Below are positions 38,624-48,817 of a stretch of 54,991 nt of DNA, in pieces (the first letter of the stretch is position 1; the number at the start of each line of letters is the position of its first letter). Location: NCBI GenBank assembly GCA_964007735.1, contig CAXGAI010000012.1, positions 62,001 to 116,991 on the forward strand. Reading direction: 5' to 3'. A model generated the notes under the pieces. That model worked only from the letters and a program-made list of their open reading frames with translations, did not search any database and was not told the DNA's origin. The translations under genes and the position numbers were made by a program. The stretch is from an uncultured Rhodopirellula sp. (lineage in GTDB: Bacteria; Planctomycetota; Planctomycetia; Pirellulales; Pirellulaceae).

Positions 38624-39451
38624 ATGGGCCACCCTCTTCAGCATGTCACTGTTCTCGCTCTGATTGTTAGCTTCTTGACTGGTTGTACCGATTCCGAATC
38701 GGCGCCGGTGGCAAATGATGCCAATGTAAGCCAGGTTCAGCCCAATCAACTACCCGCGGGGTCGGTGGGGATGAATTCAGTGGAGCCCGGCAGTTCGTTT
38801 AATCCGCAATTGAACAAAGCGGAAATTATTGATGCCCATATTAAGGCGGTTGGCGGTCTTGACGCGATCAAGAAAGTGAAATCCATCGTTAAAGTTTCTC
38901 AGGTGATATCTAAATCAGCTGCTGGAGAATCATCCGGAACGACAACCGAAGTTTTTGATTTGGTTGGAGAGCGAGGGCGTGTCGATCTGGATTTGCAAGA
39001 TTTCAAGGAAGCAAAGGGCTGGAGAGGTCAACAGGGCTGGAGAGTAAGCACTGCGGCGCCGTTGCGAGCAAGCACGCTCGATGAGGTTGGCGTTGATAAG
39101 ATTACGGTGCCGATTAGCATTGTGCAGGCAATATCCGGAGCTTTTGGGACAGAAGCTTTTCGTTCGGTTGAAAATGTCCAGTTTGATGGGAAACCTTGTA
39201 TCAAGATGACCATTATTAATAATCCCCTGATTGTCTACTTGGATGCGGCAACCAAGTTAATTGCCGGATTCGAAATTGAACAATTCATGGTGCTTTATCT
39301 AGGCGACTACAGAGAAGTCCAGGGGGTGCAGATGGCATATTATTCGAAAGCCGATATTACGGTATTGCAAACATCCTTTGTTTCCAATGTTAAGCAAGTG
39401 AACCTTAATGTTGAGATTACAGATGAACAGTTAGCGAAGCCTACTCAATAA
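38624..39451 (+). CDS. hypothetical lipoprotein (LolA-like / lipoprotein-sorting-like fold possible)
   Basis: Lipobox LTGC, IIDAHIKAVGGLDAIKKVKS and GDYREVQGV motifs. Confidence 0.7.
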   Translation: MGHPLQHVTVLALIVSFLTGCTDSESAPVANDANVSQVQPNQLPAGSVGMNSVEPGSSFNPQLNKAEIIDAHIKAVGGLDAIKKVKSIVKVSQVISKSAAGESSGTTTEVFDLVGERGRVDLDLQDFKEAKGWRGQQGWRVSTAAPLRASTLDEVGVDKITVPISIVQAISGAFGTEAFRSVENVQFDGKPCIKMTIINNPLIVYLDAATKLIAGFEIEQFMVLYLGDYREVQGVQMAYYSKADITVLQTSFVSNVKQVNLNVEITDEQLAKPTQ

Positions 39452-39489
39452 GATCAATCACTGCCGGTCTTCCTGTTGAAGCGTACTCG

Positions 39490-39786
39490 TTAATCGGCTC
39501 GTTTTTGTCGCTGTTGTTTGACGATTGTCCAGTGTAATCCCATCGCAGGTAGCAAAAGAAAGACGATGACCAATATCTTTAAGATCGCCACGCTACCGAA
39601 CATCATGGCATTATAGGTAGTCCGTTCGAGCGGCACGATTGCATTGTGCCAAGTGTAGGTTTGGTCGATCATGAAGAGGAAAGGCAGGAAGAGGAGCGTC
39701 AGTAGAAATCCCAAAAAACTGCCGCGATACAGAGCCTTCGTCAACAACCACAAGTGGTCGAGTTTTTCATTGCTATTGTCAGTCAT
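39490..39786 (-). CDS. small 2-TM membrane protein (DUF6868-like)
   Basis: Two hydrophobic helices and the ...AILKILVIVFLLLPAMGLH pattern. Start ATG 39786. Confidence 0.6.
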   Translation of the reverse strand: MTDNSNEKLDHLWLLTKALYRGSFLGFLLTLLFLPFLFMIDQTYTWHNAIVPLERTTYNAMMFGSVAILKILVIVFLLLPAMGLHWTIVKQQRQKRAD

Positions 39787-39823
39787 TATTCTATCCCCGG
39801 TCTTGAGATGAACCGAAAAGGGG

Positions 39824-40837
39824 TTATTGTACTTTCCGAGTTGGTTTGAAGATTTGCATGACCTTATCATCTGGTTGAAGGATGAAGGGACGGAATTCCT
39901 GATAGAACTCGCTCAGTGATAGCCCCATATGTTTTTTGAAGGCCGCTGATTTCCCAAGTTTGGGAATGTCAAAGTACCATTCTTTGAGGACAACGACTTC
40001 CTTCACTTCTTTAACATGGATTAGGTAAGCCGTCGCCCAGGCTCCCAGCATGTAATAAATCTGAGCCGAGCCACCTTCTTCCCAGTATGCTTCGTTCTTC
40101 AGTTGCCAGTTCGGATGTTGGGCCACGTATTCGTTAATGCCTGGCCGTCCGATATTGCCGCCGGATTTTTTGAGCTTTAGCATGTAATCTTCGAAATTTA
40201 TAAGACCGAGGTTCTCCATAAACTTCGCTGAACTATAAGATGCCATGCCTTCGGCCATCCATGAATTAATGTGCTTATCAGAGCTTCGACTTTGCTTGGT
40301 GTCGCAATGTGCCATCTGGAACACATGATGATATTCGTGCAGAGCTCCCCAGGTATTTTCAAGAGGATCCTTTTCGCGCCCTTTAGCGTTGGTCGTGACA
40401 TCTTCATACAGAATCGGAGGGTTTTGAGTCCAGGTTAGGCCCCCTTCCGCCTTCCCTGCCAGAACGGCTTTTATTTCATTAATTACATTATGCCGTTTCA
40501 GAAATTCATCAACCTGTTCTTCGGCGGTCGATATTTTTGAATTTCGATTGATCCGGTTTTTGGCGCGCTGTAGATAGATTTGACGCACACTGTTTTCGCT
40601 GTCAGAGCTCAACAGGTAGACATAATAAGGACCATAGTTGCCAAAGTAGTCGATCGCATAATCAAGGCCTCGTCGATAATGTTTAACCAACGATCCATCG
40701 GTGTTCAGACCGTCAGCGACAAGCAGGGTCGGAGCAGGGATAATGGATGCCTCGCCTCTTTTTCCAGTTTCTTCTGCAGGTGCCATTCCGACGATCCCGA
40801 GGACCAGTAGAAAAGTTAAGACAAAAGAAGGTCGCAT
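39824..40837 (-). CDS. secreted protein with gluzincin-like zinc metallopeptidase motif
   Basis: Signal peptide and HEYHH (HExxH), followed ~20 aa later by WMAEGMASY. Confidence 0.7.
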   Translation of the reverse strand: MRPSFVLTFLLVLGIVGMAPAEETGKRGEASIIPAPTLLVADGLNTDGSLVKHYRRGLDYAIDYFGNYGPYYVYLLSSDSENSVRQIYLQRAKNRINRNSKISTAEEQVDEFLKRHNVINEIKAVLAGKAEGGLTWTQNPPILYEDVTTNAKGREKDPLENTWGALHEYHHVFQMAHCDTKQSRSSDKHINSWMAEGMASYSSAKFMENLGLINFEDYMLKLKKSGGNIGRPGINEYVAQHPNWQLKNEAYWEEGGSAQIYYMLGAWATAYLIHVKEVKEVVVLKEWYFDIPKLGKSAAFKKHMGLSLSEFYQEFRPFILQPDDKVMQIFKPTRKVQ

Positions 40838-41584
40838 TCTGATAACTCCCGCAGTGATAGAGATTCGATGTACTTTATTACTGTTACTCTTTTATCATAA
40901 ATTAATAGTCAAGATACCGAACAGTCGAGTGTCTCGGAGGAATCGGCTTAGTTCAGCGAGGCTATTGCAAGTACGTTTTCATTGGCAAGGCTATTGGAAG
41001 CAGGATCTGCACCTGCCTATGCGTTGCTTGTGAGAGATACGCCTGTCGGAGCCTGGAACCAAGAAGCGTGTCCTAAAATCACTACAAACATGAATATCGG
41101 GTAAATCACGGCACTTTCTGGGGTCCTATTTTGATTACCTCTAGTCGTTGGGTTATTCCGAGGTCATAGTGTTAAAGCTGCGTGGTTAGAGTCACAGAGC
41201 AAAAACTCGCCGGAAAAAACAAGTGGATTGATTTTGAAGATCATTCCAGTCGGTTCCCTAAGTGAGTGCGAAGAAGCAGTCACTCATTTGAGTTTATTCA
41301 TATTTGATATTAGCGGAATAATACAATCTGCTAATGATCCAGTACTGTCCTGGGAGCCAGTACGTCCAATTTGAGCCAATTTGGTGAGGACATGGATCAC
41401 CCCGCGTCGTGCGACTGGAACAGTCGTCCCGTCGCAAACACTTTGTGTCCTTCTTGTTTGGCCGAAGTCTCCGACGTTCATTGGGATTTCGGACCCTATT
41501 TCGGCATGCGTATGTCTACCTTAAAGACGTTGTGGCTATTCAACTATCTAAAGCCATTAAACCGCGCGCCCTATTAAATCAGTA

Positions 41585-42913
41585 ATGGATATTCAATTGA
41601 AAACGTTTGCAGAATTGAACCTTCTCCCTCCTCTCGAGCGAGCCTTAAAAGAACAGAATTACAAAATTCCAACGCCAATCCAGGCGAAGACGATTCCTCC
41701 GGCGTTGGAAGGAAAAGATATTCTTGGATGCGCGCAAACGGGAACAGGTAAGACAGCAGCTTTTGCTTTGCCAATTCTCGACTTCCTGGGTGGCGATATG
41801 AGAAAGGCTCGCTCCGGTCGTCCACAAGCACTTGTCTTGGCCCCAACCAGGGAACTTGCCATTCAGATTGGCGATAGCATGCGTGTCTATGGAAAGCACC
41901 TCAAGCTTCGTACCGCTTTGGTTTTTGGTGGTGTGAATCAAAACAAACAAGTCCGGGAGATGCAACGCGGTGCCCATATACTCGTTGCCACACCGGGACG
42001 TTTACTCGACCTGATGCAACAAGGGCATATTCAGTTGGACGAACTTGAAGTGTTTGTGCTTGATGAGGCAGATCGAATGCTGGATATGGGATTTCTGCCG
42101 GATATAAAACGCGTCATTTCGAAGTTGCCCAGTGATCGCCAGTCCCTTTTCTTTAGTGCTACGATGCCACCTAAAATTGTGGAGCTGGCAAGTCAACTCC
42201 TTTCCAGTCCATTCCGTGTTGATGTCACACCTAAGAAGACCAGTGTCAAAAAGATCAAGCAGAAAATAGTTTATTGTGAACGCTCAGAGAAAGTTGGCTT
42301 GCTTCACAAGTTGCTTCGTGGAGAAGATGTGGGACGGGTTATTGTCTTCACTCGTACCAAACGCGGGGCGAATACGTTGGCTAAAAAAACAGAAAAAGCA
42401 GGTGTTCCTGTAGCTGTGATTCATGGCAATAAATCACAAGCTGCTCGTCAAAAAGCGTTGAAGGCATTTCGAGCAAAGAAAGTTCGTGTCTTAGTGGCCA
42501 CAGATGTCGCAGCTCGTGGAATTGACATCGACAATGTGACGCACGTCGTGAATTACGATTTACCCAATGAACCTGAATCTTATGTGCATCGGATTGGACG
42601 GACGGGACGAGCGGGAGCTGAGGGGATAGCGGTTTCCTTTTGTTCAGGCGAAGAACTTGATTATCTGGATGACATAGAGAAATTAATCGGAATCAAAATT
42701 GAACGCGATCCTAACTCGGTCAAGCCTGCCTGGAAACCGAAGCCAAAACAAGGAGGTGGGCAACGAAGAGGTGGTGGCTCTACTTCTCGTCGAAAAGGGA
42801 ATCAAAAAGGCAAACGCTCAAAATCGTCTTTGGGAAATTCGCGTTCTTCTAAACGGGGGCCCAAGAGGGGCAAACGGAATACTAAGGAAAATCGACGTAG
42901 TGTCGTTGCCTAA
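41585..42913 (+). CDS. rhlE: DEAD-box RNA helicase, RhlE-like
   Basis: Q motif PTPIQ, AQTGTGKT, PTRELA, DEAD, SAT and HRIGRTGRAG, with a basic G/R/K-rich tail. Confidence 0.9.
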   Translation: MDIQLKTFAELNLLPPLERALKEQNYKIPTPIQAKTIPPALEGKDILGCAQTGTGKTAAFALPILDFLGGDMRKARSGRPQALVLAPTRELAIQIGDSMRVYGKHLKLRTALVFGGVNQNKQVREMQRGAHILVATPGRLLDLMQQGHIQLDELEVFVLDEADRMLDMGFLPDIKRVISKLPSDRQSLFFSATMPPKIVELASQLLSSPFRVDVTPKKTSVKKIKQKIVYCERSEKVGLLHKLLRGEDVGRVIVFTRTKRGANTLAKKTEKAGVPVAVIHGNKSQAARQKALKAFRAKKVRVLVATDVAARGIDIDNVTHVVNYDLPNEPESYVHRIGRTGRAGAEGIAVSFCSGEELDYLDDIEKLIGIKIERDPNSVKPAWKPKPKQGGGQRRGGGSTSRRKGNQKGKRSKSSLGNSRSSKRGPKRGKRNTKENRRSVVA

Positions 42914-42924
42914 ATAATCGAAAC

Positions 42925-44061
42925 CTAGTTTAACGTGGGACGGTTAGCTGAAATGACCTCCGCAAAAGATTTCAGTGCGACTTCAAAGTTGGAACGCCCG
43001 AGCCCAAACCGAACGAAGTTGTCTTCGAATCCAAGGCATTTTCCCGGCAGTAGGACCATTCCGTGGTTCTGAGCCAGATGGTGGCAATAGGAAGTGGCTG
43101 AATCGAATCCAATTTGGGAGAGGTTGAGTTCAACAAACGCCACGGAACCAGCCTGGGGACGCCGCCAGATGAACTGGTCCTGAAATCGGTTGAAGAATGC
43201 CTCGCACAGGTTCAGATTCTGCTGGATGATGGCTTTACTACGCGTAGCCAGTTTATCTTTTACAAGTAATGCTTTTCGGGCCAGGAATTCAGTCGGCGCC
43301 GCAGGGCAGATGGTTGTGTAGTGTTTCCAGTTTATTAGTTCATCTCGAAGTTCTGCGTTACGGATGACCACCCATCCGGCTCGCAAACCGGGCAGACCAT
43401 ACGTCTTGGACAACCCACTAAGGACAATCGCTTTTTCATAAAGGTCCGCAGCTGAAGGAATCGTTGGTCCAAACTCCAGTCCGCGATAGATCTCGTCACA
43501 GAATAACCATAAGTCGTACCTGCGAGCCAATCCGATCAAACGATCAAAATCAGATTCTGACGGGACATATCCGGTTGGATTGTGGGGGAAGTTAACCACA
43601 ATTATTCGCGTTTGAGGACTGATCAAGGATTCCAGTTCGTCAAAATCCAGTTCCCAGCAATTTCTTCCCGGGAACAGATTCCAGGGTAAGACCTCACTGC
43701 ATAAATGTCGGGCGACATTATTTAATGCATCGTAGGCCGGCCGCAATGCAATGACTTCGTCCTCTGATTCCAGCAGTGTCTGCATCGCTAGATAGATACC
43801 TTCCACCGGGGAGGTTAAGACAACGACATCGTCGCTACTAACATTGGAGTACATGTTAGAAATGAGGGAGCGAAGATGCGGATCTCCCTGCGATTCCGTG
43901 TACCCCAGAGTGAGGCCTCCCAATTCATCCAGTGTCGAACCTGACAGTTGTAATAATTCGCCGATCGACATGGTTTCACAGTCCGATGATGCCAAGAGAT
44001 GCTGCGCTGAAAACTCATATTCAGCGAAGAACTGTTCAGTCAGAAAGGGTTCTATTTTCAT
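42925..44061 (-). CDS. PLP-dependent aminotransferase class I/II
   Basis: NFPHNPTG, DEIYRGL and GLSKTYGLPGLRAGW (PLP lysine). Start ATG 44061 (MKIEPF). Confidence 0.92.
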   Translation of the reverse strand: MKIEPFLTEQFFAEYEFSAQHLLASSDCETMSIGELLQLSGSTLDELGGLTLGYTESQGDPHLRSLISNMYSNVSSDDVVVLTSPVEGIYLAMQTLLESEDEVIALRPAYDALNNVARHLCSEVLPWNLFPGRNCWELDFDELESLISPQTRIIVVNFPHNPTGYVPSESDFDRLIGLARRYDLWLFCDEIYRGLEFGPTIPSAADLYEKAIVLSGLSKTYGLPGLRAGWVVIRNAELRDELINWKHYTTICPAAPTEFLARKALLVKDKLATRSKAIIQQNLNLCEAFFNRFQDQFIWRRPQAGSVAFVELNLSQIGFDSATSYCHHLAQNHGMVLLPGKCLGFEDNFVRFGLGRSNFEVALKSFAEVISANRPTLN

Positions 44062-44181
44062 AGTCACGAAGGCCTCGAAAAGATGGCGAAGTCGCAGGTT
44101 TAGAATATTTAAGTTTACTTGTTCCAATTTCCCCTATGGAATGCATTCCTTCTAATTTGGCTGGGCAGCGAGAAGAAATGA

Positions 44182-46581
44182 TTACTTGAGGCCGTTTACC
44201 AAAATCGCCTGCTCCCGGGGTAGCTGCCTTAGAACGCGATCACGATAGTCTAAAAGAACCCGTGGAAAAAGTAATCGACGTTGTCGGTTACTTACGGGGG
44301 TCATAAATTCTACCCAGGGATATTCATCAGAATTCAGTCTGGCATCGGGTCGCAGTCGCCAATCCCCCTGGTATAGTTCCCAGAATTGTTTGACATCGCC
44401 CATGACAACATCAGTGCTCCCAATGCTTTTCCACAATGAACTCAACCGTTGTGAGAGTTGCTCACCTGAAATGTGAAGCGTAGTATCCATCCCCACCAAT
44501 GCGATGACAGGTTTCGAGCTATGAAGTTCGGCCCACCAAATCGTAACGTGCGGAAAAACACTCGCAAAACTATTGGCGATCGCCTCGAATTCTTCCTCAC
44601 CAAGTTGGAACAGGGGTAACCACTGACAGAAATGCCCGCCGGGCTTAAGTCGTTGCCTCGCAACCTGGTAATGTTCCGTCGTATATAGGTAACCCGACTC
44701 ACTTTCCCAGGGTACAAACAGATCAGAGACGATGACGTCATACTGACGATCCGTTCCTAATAGGTAATGGCGGCAATCGTCGATAAATACCTTAACTCGC
44801 GGATGATCAATGACATTGAAGTTGTGTTGGGCTAGTAGGCGGCAGGCCTCAACAACCTCGGGGATGAGTTCCACCACGTCAATTTGCTGAATCCCTTCAT
44901 GCGGAATACTGCCTCCAGCGGTAAGTCCTGTTCCGAGTCCCATAAAGAGAACCTCTTTGGGATCTGGATGTAGCATTAGGGGGATATGTGCCTGCCGGAA
45001 TTCCCGTCGATTGTCCCCCGTTCTCCCAAAACGGTAGTGCAGGTTTTGACGTATCTTAAATATTTCTGAATCATCCAATTGAACGGCATCGATCCAACCA
45101 TAGGGGGAGTTCCAACGTTGAACAATCCGTTCCCCCTGGCTTTCCGCTTGAGCCTCCTCCACTTCTCGGGGAACGTTAATGGCTGCTGCTGATCCGACTA
45201 AAAACAGGATGCTCATGACAAGACGCCGCCAATGACGCGAAGACCGAGCTGATAAATAAAGTGAGCACACACCAACCATCCCAGCCATGACCACAAAGGA
45301 TTCCCATAATCCAATGGCAGGCAACATAACAAAGCTGGCAATCATGGCACCGCCAGCTGCTGCCAGAGTATTTACAGCAGTCAAACTCCCCACGACATTT
45401 CCAGCTTTGCCGCCCATTAATTTCCAGACCAGAGGAAGTAGCATACCTAACATCAGAATAGGCGGCCCTACGATCAAGCTTACAAGACCACATGCTCCAA
45501 TGAGGTAACTGCTAAAACTTTCTCCCGCGCTGAAATATTCAAGTTGAGTTAACGCAACAAACAGAGTTGTTGACACCACGATAGACAGGCTAGAAGCCCC
45601 CGTTACCCAACGAATCAGGTGGGAAGCAGCTATTTTCTTCATCAGTTCGCCGACCAACGCCGCGCCCAGCGCCAAAGCGGCGAGGAAAACAGCGATTACA
45701 ATACCAAACGTGTAAGTGCTATTGTGGAATACCAATGAAAACATACGTGTATACAACACTTGCAAACCTAGTGTTACGAAACCCGATAATCCGGCGATCA
45801 TGACGAGAATCCAGAAGGGAAGTGGGACACGATTACCGTCAGATTCTGATTCGTGTGGTTGGCTGGAGGTTTTGGCCTGTCCTGCGATCTCATCGGCTTC
45901 CTGGGGGGACAAACGGTGTAGAAGGAGAGCAATCCCACTACAGAAAATGGAGAGCCCGGCGGCCAAATAACTGCTAGTTGTCACCCCCAAATGCAATAGC
46001 AAATAGAAGGTTGCTAATAAAACCCCCACTAATGCCCCTGTTGTATTTATGGCATAGGCTCTTGTAACTCGTCGGGTATTTCGTGGATCCGAGAGTTGCC
46101 CTTTCCCGTGATTTGAACAGACCATTGCAACCATGGGTAACGTGACGCCTAAGGCAACGGTTCCCGGTAACAAAAGTACAAAACAAAATACAACTCTTGA
46201 CAGTGTTTGTACAAAGTGTGATGAGTTCGTCATCCAGGCAGCAATAAACGACGCTTCGGACCACGCCAACAGACAAGGAACGATGATGGCCCAGACGGCC
46301 ACAACGGTTTCAGCAATCGCATAGCCCAACATTGGAGACAAACGAGTCGACCAACGGGCCCCCAGCAAATACCCCACAGCCATTCCAAAGAAGTAACTCG
46401 CCAAAACTACGCTAGCGGCATGCACGGTATGCCCGAATAACAGGCCAATCTGACGAGCCCATGAAATTTCATAGATCAAGGCTGCCGCACCTGAAAGAAA
46501 GAAGATCAGATAGATACCAGCGTCGATCCAGACAGATCGCCCCTTACTAACTTCATCAAAACTTTGCACCATCGTCACCAT
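44182..46581 (-). CDS. fused MFS-like membrane domain / spermidine synthase-like SAM-binding protein
   Basis: FFLSGAAALIYEISW, about 13 TM segments, then GLGTGLT, VELIPEV, DDCRH, YDVIVSD and QWLP. Confidence 0.88.
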   Translation of the reverse strand: MVTMVQSFDEVSKGRSVWIDAGIYLIFFLSGAAALIYEISWARQIGLLFGHTVHAASVVLASYFFGMAVGYLLGARWSTRLSPMLGYAIAETVVAVWAIIVPCLLAWSEASFIAAWMTNSSHFVQTLSRVVFCFVLLLPGTVALGVTLPMVAMVCSNHGKGQLSDPRNTRRVTRAYAINTTGALVGVLLATFYLLLHLGVTTSSYLAAGLSIFCSGIALLLHRLSPQEADEIAGQAKTSSQPHESESDGNRVPLPFWILVMIAGLSGFVTLGLQVLYTRMFSLVFHNSTYTFGIVIAVFLAALALGAALVGELMKKIAASHLIRWVTGASSLSIVVSTTLFVALTQLEYFSAGESFSSYLIGACGLVSLIVGPPILMLGMLLPLVWKLMGGKAGNVVGSLTAVNTLAAAGGAMIASFVMLPAIGLWESFVVMAGMVGVCSLYLSARSSRHWRRLVMSILFLVGSAAAINVPREVEEAQAESQGERIVQRWNSPYGWIDAVQLDDSEIFKIRQNLHYRFGRTGDNRREFRQAHIPLMLHPDPKEVLFMGLGTGLTAGGSIPHEGIQQIDVVELIPEVVEACRLLAQHNFNVIDHPRVKVFIDDCRHYLLGTDRQYDVIVSDLFVPWESESGYLYTTEHYQVARQRLKPGGHFCQWLPLFQLGEEEFEAIANSFASVFPHVTIWWAELHSSKPVIALVGMDTTLHISGEQLSQRLSSLWKSIGSTDVVMGDVKQFWELYQGDWRLRPDARLNSDEYPWVEFMTPVSNRQRRLLFPRVLLDYRDRVLRQLPREQAILVNGLK

Positions 46582-46798
46582 GCCACTGTTGCGTCGTCAC
46601 CGAATTAAGACGGAGGGACTTTAACAAGTTTTTTACTCAACATTAAGTCCAACCTGATCTCAAATGTTGATGCGATAAAAATCAAAAGACCATATTCAAC
46701 ATTCCACTTCGTTTCTGCAAGCCTTCAGAGTAGGCTCCCTTTGCTTTCGTCAGCATGATTGGTAAATTAAATGCGTAATTCAATAGGGAGCCCAAATA

Positions 46799-47692
46799 AT
46801 GCAACGACGTGACTTTCTCAAAACAACAGCAGGGGCTAGTGCTCTTGGTTTAACGGCATCGCTGGCCCGTCCGCTTATGGCGATCCCGGCAAATTCAAAA
46901 TACAAAGCTAACATCGGACTCCAATTGTGGACGGTTCGCAATGAATTGAAAGAAGACAAGCAGGCAACACTAAAGTCGGTCGCAGATGCCGGTTACCAAC
47001 AAGTTGAATTTGGTGGAGTTGATCAAGGCCTCGAACTCCAGCCGATTTGTAAGGATCTTGGCTTGAAAATGACGTCATCGTTCATCAACTGGCAAGCCAT
47101 TTGTAATCCTGCAAACAAAAACGCTCCTGCTCTGGAATCGTTGATTGAGGATGCAAAGAAACTGGAATTAAAACATCTCGTTTTTGGCTATATCGGTAAA
47201 AAATATCGTCAAACAGCAGAGCAGTTTCACAGCTACATTGAACGCTCAAATCAATTTGGTGAGATGTGCAAAAAAGCCGGGATCCAATTGTGCTACCATA
47301 ATCATGCTTTTGAATTTGAAAAAATCGAAGGTAACAAAACAGGGTTTGATCTGTTTATTGAAGGATTCGATCCTGAAAGCTGTAAGTTTGAATTGGATGT
47401 TTTCTGGGTCAAGATCGGAGGGTGGGATCCTTATCGAACCTTGAAGCGACTTAACGGTCGTGTTTCGCAAGTTCATCTTAAAGACCTCAAGTTGGGGGCT
47501 CAGGTTTACTATGACGAGGGACAGGTTCCTCATGATTCCTTTAAAGAACTGGGTAATGGGTCGATCGATATGGCGAAAGTGATGAAGATTTCGGAAGCGA
47601 TTGGCGTGGAACAATGTCACGTTGAGCAGGATCAGTCGCCGGATCCGATCAAGAGCATTGGTCAAAGCATTGCGCATCTTAACTCGCTATAG
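46799..47692 (+). CDS. Tat-exported sugar phosphate isomerase/epimerase (TIM barrel)
   Basis: Tat motif QRRDFLK, IGLQLWTVR, YHNHAFEF, ELDVFW, HLKD and VEQD. Confidence 0.88.
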   Translation: MQRRDFLKTTAGASALGLTASLARPLMAIPANSKYKANIGLQLWTVRNELKEDKQATLKSVADAGYQQVEFGGVDQGLELQPICKDLGLKMTSSFINWQAICNPANKNAPALESLIEDAKKLELKHLVFGYIGKKYRQTAEQFHSYIERSNQFGEMCKKAGIQLCYHNHAFEFEKIEGNKTGFDLFIEGFDPESCKFELDVFWVKIGGWDPYRTLKRLNGRVSQVHLKDLKLGAQVYYDEGQVPHDSFKELGNGSIDMAKVMKISEAIGVEQCHVEQDQSPDPIKSIGQSIAHLNSL

Positions 47693-47929
47693 CAGCTGAT
47701 GAATTTCGCCGCGCATGTCTTTCCGGTTGAAAGTTTTTGCGTGATGAGAGGTAGGAGGGGATGGAAGTAACCCAGGGCGTTGATTGTCTTCACCGTACCT
47801 GCTTGCTTTTGTATCAATTCGAGAGGCATCCTACCGTATAGGGCAAAGTGCCAGATGGATAGCAGACTTAGGCTGAGCCTTTTCAAGAGGCGGTTAAATC
47901 TTAATTGTCTGATCGCCAATACCCTTGGT

Positions 47930-48706
47930 TCAGCCCGTCCGGTCGCCCAAACTGGAAAGCCAGCTCATGAAGTGTATCCACAACATTAATGCCCAAAGGA
48001 CCCCGTAAAACGCGACGAAAAACATGGAACCATAGGTCAGGATCGGATGGAGCTCAAGGAAGGTTAGGCAAAGGCCCAAACCGATCATACCCGCCAACAC
48101 CCACAAGTTTCCATCACAGATTTTGATCGGATAGAAGATCACAATGAAAAGGAAGATTAACAGTTTGTCCAGCACATTTTTCTCTTCATTCATTGCACGA
48201 CGGAGGATGAAGTTAAACAGCGTTGCCATAAACACGGCCCCTAGCCACATGGAAGTTCCAAACTTTTGAAAACCATATGATTCGACGCCTGGTTCCAGCA
48301 CGGCCCGACTAGGCTTGGTCGGGTCGTAGGCTACCGATACCTCGGCATTCGCAGGATACTTCTTCACGACCTTGTGAGCGTTATATTCATGGCCTCCGAA
48401 GACGACGACATCACTCTCGTACTCGGTTCCCCCGACGGTGTATCGGTATTCGATTTCATCCGAATAGGTTGTCCCGTTTTCGTCACTGTGAGTGGTGATT
48501 TCCGAGGTGATGATGCGGCCAATTGCGATGGGCCAATCTACACTCGTCCGAGCCCAGCGCAACTGAGACTGTCCGTAAAGTATAAGCAGCAGACCGATAG
48601 TGCCGAAGATACTCCAAATGACTAGCAACGCGTACCGCTGAGTGCGTCCTTTGGCAAGTTCTTTATTCACTGGCATCTCGTCAGTTCCCCAATTCGCAAC
48701 CACCAC
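47930..48706 (-). CDS. DUF3592 domain membrane protein
   Basis: TM helix followed by WPIAIGRI, EYRYTVGG and VSVAYDPTKPSRAVL. Start may be ATG 48676. Confidence 0.8.
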   Translation of the reverse strand: MVVANWGTDEMPVNKELAKGRTQRYALLVIWSIFGTIGLLLILYGQSQLRWARTSVDWPIAIGRIITSEITTHSDENGTTYSDEIEYRYTVGGTEYESDVVVFGGHEYNAHKVVKKYPANAEVSVAYDPTKPSRAVLEPGVESYGFQKFGTSMWLGAVFMATLFNFILRRAMNEEKNVLDKLLIFLFIVIFYPIKICDGNLWVLAGMIGLGLCLTFLELHPILTYGSMFFVAFYGVLWALMLWIHFMSWLSSLGDRTG

Positions 48707-48817
48707 TTTTCGATACTGATCCGTGACGATATTAAATAATCGTTACTGGGCAAGTAATTTCTCATGTGTTAGGGTCAAACTCTGAGGTTGCCAGCATATT
48801 CGTTGAAAGAAATTGTA

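Noticed and set aside
41067..41076. CGTGTCCTAA also present at 54838-54847; considered as an IS end or shared regulatory site
   Set aside because: A 10-mer match is expected by chance in 55 kb, and there is no transposase, inverted partner or target duplication.
40838..41340. Short ORFs in the long intergenic region before the helicase leader
   Set aside because: No convincing RBS, motif or coding signal; left unannotated.
47662..47919. 85-aa minus-strand ORF between convergent genes
   Set aside because: TTG start, overlaps the isomerase 3' end and has no recognisable features; not supportable.
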